Source of the DNA: Deltaproteobacteria bacterium | GTDB taxonomy: Bacteria; Desulfobacterota; Syntrophobacteria; Syntrophobacterales; Syntrophobacteraceae | DNA length: 64,000 nt | Assembly (NCBI GenBank): GCA_021813685.1 | Contig: JAKAJS010000238.1 | Span: 842 to 64,841, forward strand | Direction: 5' to 3' | Shown: piece by piece, positions 35,953-44,675 of the stretch | How the letters are laid out: each line of letters starts with the position of its first letter | Position numbering within the stretch: the stretch's first letter is position 1 | The notes under the pieces: generated by a model | What the model was told of the DNA's origin: nothing | Seen by the model: the letters and a program-made list of their open reading frames with translations, nothing else | The model's database searches: none | Position numbers and translations under genes: made by a program

Positions 35953-37575
35953 GTGGGGATACTAATGTTGAAAAATGGATCAAGACCTTCCTATACGAAA
36001 AACCTGCTGCAGCACTGGCATGATTTCCGCCTCAAGCTTTTTTTCGAGGGGATATTGACAGGAGTGTTCGCCGGAGCGGTCGTTGTCTGCTTTAGACTCG
36101 CCCTGGCCTGGGTAGGCCCCCAAAGAGACAAACTCTTCGCCTTTTTGAGTTCGAGCGCATTCCTTTGGACCATCGGGTGGCTTGCTTGCCTGATGGGTAT
36201 TGGATTGATCCTGGCCTGGCTCATTAAGAAGGTGCCGATGTCAACAGGCAGCGGCATTCCCCAGGTGAAGGGCATTTTGGCCGGATTGTTCCCGGCGCCG
36301 AGTTGGATGAAGGTTATCGGGGCGAAGTTTTTGGGCGGTGTATTGGGAATCGGGGCGGGCCTTTCCCTGGGCCGGGAAGGTCCTTCGGTGCAGTTGGGCG
36401 CCGCGGCGGGCCAGGGGGTTAGCCGGATTCTCAGACGCCCCGGCATCGAGGAGAAATATTTACTTTCGTGCGGAGCGAGCGCCGGGCTATCTGCGGCCTT
36501 TAACGCTCCTCTGGCCGGCGTTGTGTTTGCCCTGGAGGAGTTGCACAAAAACTTTTCCCCGGTTGTTCTGGCATCCACTGTTGCCGCCTCGGTCACCGCA
36601 AACTTTATCGCCCGCATTTTTTGCGGCCAGGAGGCGGTATTCGCCTTTCAGAAATTGCCTGTGCTGCCGTTTCACTATTACCTCCATGTCCTGGTGCTGG
36701 GGGTCGTGGTCGGAGTCTCGGGCCTGTTGTTCAATGCCGGTCTCATCAAATCGCAGGAATTTTACGGAAAACTCCACCGGGTGCCTGACAGGCTAAAGCC
36801 GGTTTTGCCGCTCTTATGCGCCGCATTCCTGGGATTTGTGTTGCCCCAGGCACTGGGTGGGGGCGCACGGCTGATCAATGCGCTCCCCCAGATGCATTAT
36901 GCTCTCGTTCTTCTGCTGGTCATTTTTGCGGTTAAATTCTTATTTACCCTGTTTAGCTATGGAACGGGTGTTCCTGGCGGTATTTTTATGCCGCTTCTGA
37001 CTATCGGTGCGGTACTGGGCAATGTGTACGGCACCATTCTGGCCAGATACCTGCACCTTGAGCCCGTTTATATCAATAACTTCATCATATTTGCTATGGC
37101 CGCCCACTTCAGCGCCATCGTCAGGGCGCCGATCACCGGTAGCATTCTCATCATGGAAATGACGGGCGGGATGGAGCAGCTTTTGCCTTTGATCATGGTA
37201 TGCATGTCCGCTTATGTCGCCAGTGAGTTGATCGGCCAGGGCAAACCGATTTATGACGTCCTGCTCAATCGCATGCTGAAGAAGGCAAAGGCGGCGCCGC
37301 TGATGGCTAACGAGGGCTATGGCGAGGAAAAGCATATCATAGAAAAGGTGGTCGGCCTGGAAGCGCCGATTTGCGACAGCATGGTATGCCAGGTGAAATG
37401 GCCCGAGAACTCTCTTCTGGTCGGCATCAGACGGGGGGACACCGAGTTGATCCCGGCCGGCCACACCACCATCTATCCGGGAGATTATCTGATCGTCATG
37501 TCTGCAGCGGAGAAGCTTGCCCACGTGTACTCGCATCTCCAGATACTGACCGGTGAGGAGTTGGTCGAGGCGTAA
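35953..37575 (+). CDS. ClC-family chloride channel / H+-Cl- exchanger with C-terminal TrkA-C (RCK_C) domain
   Basis: Selectivity motifs 'GSGIPQV', 'GREGPSVQLG' and 'GIFMPLLTIG'. The C-terminus 'LLVGIRRGDTELIPAGHTTIYPGDYLIVM' is TrkA-C-like. The start could be GTG 35953 or ATG 35965. Confidence 0.9.
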   Translation: MGILMLKNGSRPSYTKNLLQHWHDFRLKLFFEGILTGVFAGAVVVCFRLALAWVGPQRDKLFAFLSSSAFLWTIGWLACLMGIGLILAWLIKKVPMSTGSGIPQVKGILAGLFPAPSWMKVIGAKFLGGVLGIGAGLSLGREGPSVQLGAAAGQGVSRILRRPGIEEKYLLSCGASAGLSAAFNAPLAGVVFALEELHKNFSPVVLASTVAASVTANFIARIFCGQEAVFAFQKLPVLPFHYYLHVLVLGVVVGVSGLLFNAGLIKSQEFYGKLHRVPDRLKPVLPLLCAAFLGFVLPQALGGGARLINALPQMHYALVLLLVIFAVKFLFTLFSYGTGVPGGIFMPLLTIGAVLGNVYGTILARYLHLEPVYINNFIIFAMAAHFSAIVRAPITGSILIMEMTGGMEQLLPLIMVCMSAYVASELIGQGKPIYDVLLNRMLKKAKAAPLMANEGYGEEKHIIEKVVGLEAPICDSMVCQVKWPENSLLVGIRRGDTELIPAGHTTIYPGDYLIVMSAAEKLAHVYSHLQILTGEELVEA

Positions 37576-37607
37576 GGTGAGGTTGTTCGGGGAAAGGAGC
37601 GCGACGT

Positions 37608-38381
37608 ATGCCCCTGATCGTCATCTCAAGGGGATCGGAACGGCATGGGGAAGAAGTGGCGGGGAAGTTGGCCCTCAAATTGGGATACCGATCCATTTGC
37701 CGAGAATCGATCCTCAAGGAACTGGTTGACGGCGAGAGCCCCCGGGCGGATCTATTCCGAGCCGCGGATCAAGGCCCCCTGGCCCTTGACCGAATGGAAA
37801 ACGGCAGGGAAAAGTATCTGGCATATATTCGTCAAGCGCTCCTGGACAGCCTCGAAAAGGACAATGCCGTCTATCATGGGTTTGCCGCACATGCCTTCCT
37901 GCAGGGGGTTTCCCATGCGATCCGGGTCAGAATCAACCCCGAGAGGGACCAGGAGGGAAGCAGCGCCCGGGAAGCCTTTAAAACCTTGCGGCAGAAAAAG
38001 GCAGAGCACCTCAACTGGTACAGGTATCTCCACGGGATCGATCTGGCCGACCCCATCCAATACGATCTGGTCCTCTCCATGCACACCATGACGGTGGAGG
38101 AGGCAGTCGATGTTCTCGCCGAGGCCTCGCGCAGACCCTGTTTTCAGCCCACCCGGGACTCCGGGAATAGAATGCGGATGCTTTGCCTGGCCGCCCGGGT
38201 ACAAAGCTTGCTCGCCGAGGAAACTCCCTTTGTCAACGTTGCGGTGGAAGATGGAGATATTACCCTCAGCACCGAGGGGTATTGGAAACAAGCCATGAAA
38301 GTCATGGACCGGGTTGAACAGATACTCGGTCGGAACAGGTCCGTGGGGATAAAGGTACGACTGAAGGCTCCACGGAACTGA
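37608..38381 (+). CDS. Cytidylate-kinase-like family protein with BON-like C-terminal region, paralog 2 (most divergent)
   Basis: 'MPLIVISRGSERHGEEVAGKLALKLGYRSICRESIL'. 'VYHGFAAHAFLQGVSHAIRVRI'. C-terminus 'LAARVQSLLAEETPFVNVAVEDGDITLSTEGYW'. Collinear with paralogs 1 and 3. Confidence 0.72.
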   Translation: MPLIVISRGSERHGEEVAGKLALKLGYRSICRESILKELVDGESPRADLFRAADQGPLALDRMENGREKYLAYIRQALLDSLEKDNAVYHGFAAHAFLQGVSHAIRVRINPERDQEGSSAREAFKTLRQKKAEHLNWYRYLHGIDLADPIQYDLVLSMHTMTVEEAVDVLAEASRRPCFQPTRDSGNRMRMLCLAARVQSLLAEETPFVNVAVEDGDITLSTEGYWKQAMKVMDRVEQILGRNRSVGIKVRLKAPRN

Positions 38382-38518
38382 AGAAACGGGGTGCTGTAAG
38401 TGCGGACATCTGCCTGTTCCCTGGAACGAAAAACAGGGAGAGTTTTCAAAAGGCCGGAATTGTGCTTTAATGGCGTGAAAAGCATAAATTCCGGCCTGTT
38501 GTTTTCATTGGAGTTGCC

Positions 38519-39916
38519 ATGCGGTTTCGATCGCTCTATCGCCTGCGGGGATCCATCGCCTTCCGTATAACGATCTGGTATTCAATCATCTTCCCTTTGA
38601 GCTCAGCCCTTTCCTTTGGAATCATGTATTATTCCTTTTCTTCGTATGTGAACCATAAAGATCGGGAGATTCTCCGGGCAAAGATCGCCGAATATGTTGG
38701 CGCCTACCAGGCGGGAGGGGCCAAGTTGCTTGATTCGGAAATCCGCACGGACAGGAAAAGGGACAAAAGGATCTCCTTTTTTGTGCGAATCTCGGGGCGT
38801 GACAACAAGGCGGTTTTCTTAAACGTTCCCGATACCGAAACAGCTTTTGACTACAAATATTTAGACCGGAAACCGCCGCGCCCGAAGCTTGTCGATCTGA
38901 TAAGGGGCAGCGGCTTCCTTCCCACCGAGGAGTTGTCGGCCGGTTTGCCCGGCGGCCTCCTGCTTCAGGTGGGAAAGAGTATACAGGGCCGCCAGGTGCT
39001 CCTTCAAAATTTTCGGGAGACCTTCCTCGCCGTCCTGATACCGGTTGTTCTCCTGGGCTTTGCAGGAGGGGCTTTTCTGTCCTATCGCGCCCTCAGGCCC
39101 ATTCACTCGCTTGTCGAAATAGTCGATCTCATTATAGATACCGGAAAAATGCGCGACCGGGTTCCTGAAAATGACGAACTCGAGGACCTGATCGTTCTCT
39201 TTAACCGGCTGCTCGAAAGAATCGAGACGCTCATCAGCGGGATGCGGGGCTGCTTGGATAATGTGGCCCACGATCTGCGTACGCCTCTCACCAGGATGAG
39301 GGGCGCGATCGAGGAAGCCCTGCAGAGCGAGCAGGGTAAAGACGGGCTCCAGGAAGCCCTCATGGATTGTGCTGAAGAATCCGAGCGGATCTTGACCCTG
39401 ATCGACGCTCTGATGGATATATCGGAAGCCGAAACAGGCGTAATGCCGCTCTTTTTGGAAGAGGTAAACCTGTCGAAGATGTTCGAGGATACTGTCCAGC
39501 TCTTTGATTACGCCGCCGATGATAAAAACATCACACTTTCGACCGAGTGCGCTCCGGATATCTTTATCCGCATTGACCCGATCCGAATGGGTCAGGTCTT
39601 GGCGAACCTGATCGATAATGCGATCAAATACACGCCGTGCGAAGGAAAAGTAACCATCCGAGGAGACCGCACGGAAAGCGAAGTGGTCATCAGCGTCCAG
39701 GACACAGGCGAAGGCATTCCGCTCCAGGAGATCCCCAAAATTTGGCATCGCCTCTACAGGATCGATACGAGCCGGTCCCGGCGGGGGCTCGGATTGGGGC
39801 TCAGTCTTGTGAAGGCGATAGTACATGCGCATGGAGCGCAAATCGACGTATACAGCGAGCCGGACAAGGGCTCCCGGTTCACCATTCACATACCGGAAAA
39901 GTCTCAGCCGCATTGA
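38519..39916 (+). CDS. Sensor histidine kinase, CusS/heavy-metal-sensor-like (2 TM, HAMP, HisKA, HATPase_c)
   Basis: N-terminus '[14 protein letters not shown]'. H-box '[12 protein letters not shown]'. N-box '[10 protein letters not shown]'. 'QDTGEGIP'. '[13 protein letters not shown]'. Confidence 0.9.
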   Translation: MRFRSLYRLRGSIAFRITIWYSIIFPLSSALSFGIMYYSFSSYVNHKDREILRAKIAEYVGAYQAGGAKLLDSEIRTDRKRDKRISFFVRISGRDNKAVFLNVPDTETAFDYKYLDRKPPRPKLVDLIRGSGFLPTEELSAGLPGGLLLQVGKSIQGRQVLLQNFRETFLAVLIPVVLLGFAGGAFLSYRALRPIHSLVEIVDLIIDTGKMRDRVPENDELEDLIVLFNRLLERIETLISGMRGCLDNVAHDLRTPLTRMRGAIEEALQSEQGKDGLQEALMDCAEESERILTLIDALMDISEAETGVMPLFLEEVNLSKMFEDTVQLFDYAADDKNITLSTECAPDIFIRIDPIRMGQVLANLIDNAIKYTPCEGKVTIRGDRTESEVVISVQDTGEGIPLQEIPKIWHRLYRIDTSRSRRGLGLGLSLVKAIVHAHGAQIDVYSEPDKGSRFTIHIPEKSQPH

Positions 39917-39987
39917 TTTCCGCATCGAGTGCGCTTATACAAATACTTCTTTAAGATTGTTGATTGGAAAACGGAAAAAGAGAGCAG

Positions 39988-40782
39988 ATGCCGGTAATCA
40001 CCATCTCACGAGGCTCCTACAGCCATGGACGGGAAGTTGCGGAGAAGCTTGCGGCTAAGCTGGGGTATGGCTGCCTGTCCCGGGAGATTATCCTTGAGGC
40101 TTCCAAGCTCTTTAACATTCCCGAGATGACTCTGGTGCGCGCCGTTCATGACGCTCCTACCGCATTCGACCGCTTTTCGAATGGGAAGCAACGGTATGTG
40201 TCCTACTTCCGTGAGGCCATCTTGAACATTCTCCAGAGTGACAGGATCGTTTACCACGGACTTGCCGGCCACTATTTTGTAAGCGGTGTATCTCACGTCC
40301 TGAAGGTCAGAATTCTTGCCGACATGGAGGACCGGATTGCCGAAGAAATGCGGTGCAAATTTCTTTCGGCTCAAGATGCGAAAAGGGCGCTGGTAAAGGA
40401 CGACGAAGCACGCTTGCGCTGGGGGTATTATCTATTCGGCGTCGATACGACCGACTCGCTGCTCTACGATCTGGTGCTCAATGTCAGCGCTGTCGGACTG
40501 GACGAAGCCGTGGAGATCCTCGCGATCGCAGCGACATTGCCAAGCCTGCAGACTACGGCACAATCTCGTAAAGCCATGCGCCTTTGCCACCTCGCCGCCC
40601 GACTGCAGAACCTGCTGATGGACGAGATCCCCTCCATAGAGGTGAGCGCCCTTAACGGGGAGTTTCTGGTGGTATCCGGAGGGCACTGGTCGGAAGGCAG
40701 GAAGCTGCTCGCAAGAGTGGGCGAGTTGATCGATACGGAAAAAGAACAGGTGAGGGTCAAGCTCCAACTGTCGAATCGCTGA
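39988..40782 (+). CDS. Cytidylate-kinase-like family protein with BON-like C-terminal region, paralog 3
   Basis: ATG at 39988. 'MPVITISRGSYSHGREVAEKLAAKLGYGCLSREIIL'. 'VYHGLAGHYFVSGVSHVLKVRILADMEDRI'. C-terminus 'LAARLQNLLMDEIPSIEVSALNGEFLVVSGGHW'. Confidence 0.75.
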   Translation: MPVITISRGSYSHGREVAEKLAAKLGYGCLSREIILEASKLFNIPEMTLVRAVHDAPTAFDRFSNGKQRYVSYFREAILNILQSDRIVYHGLAGHYFVSGVSHVLKVRILADMEDRIAEEMRCKFLSAQDAKRALVKDDEARLRWGYYLFGVDTTDSLLYDLVLNVSAVGLDEAVEILAIAATLPSLQTTAQSRKAMRLCHLAARLQNLLMDEIPSIEVSALNGEFLVVSGGHWSEGRKLLARVGELIDTEKEQVRVKLQLSNR

Positions 40783-40806
40783 GTCTTTGGCAGGGAGAAA
40801 AAAGAA

Positions 40807-41640
40807 ATGAACGATCTGCGCGGGAAAACCATTGTCATTACGGGCGCGAGCCGGGGCATCGGGCGCTCCATGGCCCTGAAGTTCGCCGGCGACGGGGCCA
40901 ACCTGGTCATTGCGGCAAAGTCCTCCGAACCCCACCCGAAGCTGCAGGGCACGATCCACACGGTGGCAGAGGAAGTGCGGGCGGCCGGCGGCGATGCCCT
41001 GGCGGTGCAGGTAGACGTAAGAATAGAGGAACAGGTCCAGGCCATGGTGGAGGCGGCGGTACAAAGATTCGGCGGAATCGACGCGCTTGTAAACAACGCC
41101 GGGGCGATCAGCCTGACGCCCGTCGAAAAGACCCCCGTCAAACGCTACGATCTCATGCAGGAGGTAAACGCCCGTGCCGTCTTTGTCTGCTCACAGGCCG
41201 CTCTTCCCTACCTCAGGCAGGCGCCCAACCCGCACATCCTGAGCATGGCGCCCCCTCTCCATCTGAAAAGTGCCGGACTGCGCGACCATGCGCCCTACAC
41301 CTTGTCCAAATACGGCATGACCCTGCTGAGCCTTGGCATGGCAGAAGAATTCCGAAAATATCGCATTGCGGTCAATTGCCTGTGGCCCAAAACGATCATC
41401 GCCACCGCCGCCATCGAGTTCGCGGTTGGCGACCGGAATAGCCTCAAGGTCTGCCGGAAGCCGGAAATTGTCGCCGACGCCGCCTACCGGATCCTTACCG
41501 CCCCAAGCGAGAGCCTGACCGGACAAACCCTGCTCGACGAAGATTTGCTGAGGCAGTCGGGTATCACCGACTTCGACCGCTACGCCTACGATCCGGAGTT
41601 TACCGGCAGGCTGCACCCCGATCTCTTCCTGGACGAGTGA
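40807..41640 (+). CDS. SDR-family oxidoreductase (HSDL2-like)
   Basis: 'ITGASRGIGRSMALKFAGDGANLVIAAKS'. 'NNAGAI'. Catalytic 'YTLSKYGM'. Confidence 0.88.
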   Translation: MNDLRGKTIVITGASRGIGRSMALKFAGDGANLVIAAKSSEPHPKLQGTIHTVAEEVRAAGGDALAVQVDVRIEEQVQAMVEAAVQRFGGIDALVNNAGAISLTPVEKTPVKRYDLMQEVNARAVFVCSQAALPYLRQAPNPHILSMAPPLHLKSAGLRDHAPYTLSKYGMTLLSLGMAEEFRKYRIAVNCLWPKTIIATAAIEFAVGDRNSLKVCRKPEIVADAAYRILTAPSESLTGQTLLDEDLLRQSGITDFDRYAYDPEFTGRLHPDLFLDE

Positions 41641-41667
41641 ACAGCCATGGCGTGCGCGTCATACCGA

Positions 41668-43005
41668 TCAATGGAAGACCGCGAGAGAAAGCAAAGCGCC
41701 GCCGAGCACGATCCACACCGTGTCCACCTTGCTGAATCGCTGCACGAAGAAGGCGCCGGCCGCCATGGCTACTGAGGGGATATCGACCAGCGTGTTGGCT
41801 GAGAGCTTTATCAATACCACCACCAGGGTTCCGATGAAGGCTGCCACGATGCCGCTGATTACCTTTTTGACGTGGACCGCCTGGCCGGCCCTTGCGTAGG
41901 GAGCAGCCACTACGGTCGTCATGGCCCAGGCAGGAAGATACATGTTTATCATCCCGGCGACTGCTCCCGGAATACCGGCCACCTTGTAGCCTATAAATAC
42001 CCCGATGATGGTCACCGGACCGGGGGTTATCAGGCTCAACGCCAATGCGACCGCAAACTGCGAGTTGGTGAGCCAGCCGAATTGAGTGACCACCGTGTTT
42101 TGAATGAAGGGGAGCATGGCGTAACCGCTTCCGAAAGTGAGAGCGCCGATTCGCAGGAAACTGCTCCCCATCCGCATTATCTCGGGCCGCAGGCGAATGA
42201 GCGCCAGATCGGCTGCAAAGAGCGAGGCCAGCAGGAAAATCAGCAAAGCCATGTCGCGCCACCCTGTGGGTAAAGGCGCCCGGCGGCATGCCGAGAGGAA
42301 ATCGGATGCGCTTCGAGATTGGTGATCGGGCGAACGGGAAGAAACAGCATTATTCTTTTTCAACCCTTTCCAGTCTCCCGCCCAACGTGCGAAAGCGGGA
42401 AACCGAGATTCGAGCAAAACCATGGCAAGACTTGCACCACAGGCGATGAGAAGAATCCCGATAATTCCCAGGTGGAACCAAAAGACCATTGCGAAACCGG
42501 AAACGGCTAAAAGGCAATTGAAAGGGGTCCTTACGCCGGATCTCCACAGGTTGAGAATCGTATTGAAGACAAGGCCGATTACCAGTGCGCCCAGACCGCG
42601 GAAAAGCCCTGAAACTACGGCCATCTCGCCATAGTGAAAGTAGAGATAGGAAAGGAAGAGCATTAGCAGAAAGCAGGGGGTCAGAAAGCAGACGGTGGCC
42701 ACCGCCGCCCCGGGAAGCCCTCGAAGCCGAAAACCCAAATAGGACGAAAGATTTACCGTAGGCGCGCCCGGCAGGAGCTGAGCAAGCCCAAGCCCTTGCA
42801 AGTATTCCTCGGCGGTGAACCACTTTCTTTTTGTCGTCATCCACTCCTTGGCCTCTCCCAGGGCGGCCAGGCTGAAGGATGCCAGGCCAATGCCAAGAAA
42901 TGTTCGGGCAAGGAGCCAAAGGGTTACCCTTGATTCATCCGGCGACTCAATGGGTCTCTGAGCGTTCTTTATCGCATCTGTGCCCGGTCTATCCATCGGC
43001 TTCAT
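41668..43005 (-). CDS. chrA: Chromate ion transporter (CHR family, two fused CHR domains)
   Basis: 445-aa polytopic protein. 'GIGLASFSLAALGEAKEW...LGLAQLLPGAPTVNL' in the first half and 'RIGALTFGSGYAMLPFIQ...ALALSLITPGPV' in the second half. Confidence 0.85.
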   Translation of the reverse strand: MKPMDRPGTDAIKNAQRPIESPDESRVTLWLLARTFLGIGLASFSLAALGEAKEWMTTKRKWFTAEEYLQGLGLAQLLPGAPTVNLSSYLGFRLRGLPGAAVATVCFLTPCFLLMLFLSYLYFHYGEMAVVSGLFRGLGALVIGLVFNTILNLWRSGVRTPFNCLLAVSGFAMVFWFHLGIIGILLIACGASLAMVLLESRFPAFARWAGDWKGLKKNNAVSSRSPDHQSRSASDFLSACRRAPLPTGWRDMALLIFLLASLFAADLALIRLRPEIMRMGSSFLRIGALTFGSGYAMLPFIQNTVVTQFGWLTNSQFAVALALSLITPGPVTIIGVFIGYKVAGIPGAVAGMINMYLPAWAMTTVVAAPYARAGQAVHVKKVISGIVAAFIGTLVVVLIKLSANTLVDIPSVAMAAGAFFVQRFSKVDTVWIVLGGALLSLAVFH

Positions 43006-43172
43006 TTACCTCGCTCCCGGCAGCTGTGAAGATCCAGGGGGATACTACCCTCAGGATGCACGCCAAGCAACCATTTATGTAATGCACCATGGGGGCGCTA
43101 TCTCGCCGGGAGCGGCCTTCGGCGGCATGACGGTTCTTCCATAATCCCCGCCACACGGGGGGGGAGCGTGCG

Positions 43173-43790
43173 CTATGAGCGCCCCCCCCGGCGGTAGTTT
43201 CTCAAAAGCCCCACGACCACCCCGACAAGCTCCACCTCATCGGCTGCTACGCGGATAGGCTTCATGGTCTCATTGGCGGGGCGAAGCTCGATTTCCTTCC
43301 CGTGGCTGTAGAAATTTTTGACCGTCGACTCCCCGTTTACAAGCGCTACCACCGTTTGCCCGTTTTCGGCCCGGGGCTGCCTCGTGATAATCAGGATGTC
43401 GCCGTCGCGGATTCCATCGTCGATCATGGAATCTCCCCTGACCCGCAGGGCGAAATTGGTTCCGTTCCCCAGGAAAGTGTCGGGCACCTCGATCGATTCG
43501 GGGATCTCGACGGCCTCGATGGGCGTTCCGGCCGCAACCACCCCGAGAAAAGGAATCGCTTCGCTGCCGGAGTGAACCGGCACGAGTTCCAGGGCGCGTT
43601 TGCTGTTCTTGCGGGCAATCTTGAGAAAGCCCCTTTCCTCGATCTGCTTCAGGTGCTTAAAGACAGCGTTCAAAGACTGAAATCCGAGACCGCTTCGGAT
43701 CTCTTCATACGAGGGCGCATAGCCGTGCCGGTCCATATAGTCCTTTACAAACCGGTATACCCGGTCCTGCGCCGGAGTGAGTCCGACCAT
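43173..43790 (-). CDS. lexA: LexA repressor (SOS regulator, S24 peptidase)
   Basis: 205 aa. Winged HTH 'LTPAQDRVYRFVKDYMDRHGYAPSYEEI'. Cleavage site 'VAAG'. Catalytic 'GDSM' Ser and '...TVKNF' Lys. Strong RBS AAGGAGG. Confidence 0.93.
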   Translation of the reverse strand: MVGLTPAQDRVYRFVKDYMDRHGYAPSYEEIRSGLGFQSLNAVFKHLKQIEERGFLKIARKNSKRALELVPVHSGSEAIPFLGVVAAGTPIEAVEIPESIEVPDTFLGNGTNFALRVRGDSMIDDGIRDGDILIITRQPRAENGQTVVALVNGESTVKNFYSHGKEIELRPANETMKPIRVAADEVELVGVVVGLLRNYRRGGRS

Positions 43791-43813
43791 GGAATAACCT
43801 CCTTGGCAGCAAA

Positions 43814-44449
43814 TCAGCAGAGGCAGCCAAGCTGCGCCGCTTTCTCCCGCAGGGATCCTAGAAAATGCAGATCCGCAGGCGAAGCGCTTTTCCCCTTCTC
43901 CTGGATGAACCTGATGAGATCCAGGATCTTTAGAGCCCGCGGTGAGACGGCCTTTTCGCCGCTCGGTTGCACGCCTTGCCCCCTGGCCCGCAGAAACTCT
44001 TCGCCGGAGGCAAAGACCTCACCCTGCCAGAAGTCCTTGTAGACTGTCGCCGAGCCTTCATCGATGCGCCGCGCCGTCTCGGAGATGTTGACGCAGGCCT
44101 GCTCCACCGGTGTTCGGAAGCGATAGCCCCGGACGCCCCTTTCGCCAAGATAGCCAAATGGCGCTGCAAGCTCATGATCGAAGCAGTAGGACCGCTTGAA
44201 GAAGGGCCACTTGAAAATCGGCGCCCCCGGCTCCGGAAAACCACTTTTCCCAACCTGCACAACGAACTGCGGAAACTCCTCACTCTCCTCCCATTCCCTG
44301 CGGGCGCTTCGTACAGCAGCCTCCACCAGCATTTGCGAATCCTGCGCGAGGGCGTTTTCAACGGCCGGCTGGAGAAACCGTACGGTCTTTACGTGCAGGG
44401 AAAGCACCTCCACCGATCTTCTTTTTACGACGTACAGGTCCACGCTCAT
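43814..44449 (-). CDS. Hypothetical protein (211 aa) encoded immediately upstream of and co-oriented with lexA
   Basis: Clean ORF with RBS GGAGAAAAAAG before the ATG at 44449. There is a 23-nt gap to lexA. No family recognised. The C-terminal 'ALKILDLIRFIQEKGKSASPADL' could be helix-turn-helix-like. Confidence 0.6.
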   Translation of the reverse strand: MSVDLYVVKRRSVEVLSLHVKTVRFLQPAVENALAQDSQMLVEAAVRSARREWEESEEFPQFVVQVGKSGFPEPGAPIFKWPFFKRSYCFDHELAAPFGYLGERGVRGYRFRTPVEQACVNISETARRIDEGSATVYKDFWQGEVFASGEEFLRARGQGVQPSGEKAVSPRALKILDLIRFIQEKGKSASPADLHFLGSLREKAAQLGCLC

Positions 44450-44460
44450 CTTTTTTCTCC

Positions 44461-44481
44461 GAACAGTTTCCGATTCCGTTC
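44461..44481 (-). promoter_or_regulatory. GAAC-n13-GTTC inverted repeat in the 5' leader of the lexA operon (candidate operator)
   Basis: The minus strand reads GAACGGAATCGGAAACTGTTC, ending 11 nt before the ATG at 44449 and directly abutting the RBS. Sequence pattern only. Confidence 0.3.
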
Positions 44482-44537
44482 ACAGCCGGCCGGGGCCTCT
44501 CATTTGACTGGTGGCGGGCGGTCGGGGTGGTGGGGTG

Positions 44538-44567
44538 AATATAAGGTGAATATGCGGCCGCTGTCAA
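44538..44567 (-). promoter_or_regulatory. Candidate sigma-70 promoter of the lexA operon
   Basis: The minus strand reads TTGACA-n18-TATATT, preceded by an A/T tract (GCAAAAAAAAATT, UP-element-like). The -10 sits inside a direct repeat ATATTCACC-TT-ATATTCACC. Confidence 0.45.
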
Positions 44568-44675
44568 ATTTTTTTTTGCTCCAGTGCGCGAAAAAAAGAA
44601 GAGCGCAAATGCAAAAAAGAGTAAGGGAAAAGCGGATTTTTTCCGATAGTTCTATCGAGGAGAAATCATGCTGCC

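Noticed and set aside
38861-39925. 354-aa minus-strand ORF.
   Set aside because: It is antisense to the CusS-like histidine kinase, which carries H, N and G boxes. No motifs were found in the antisense product.
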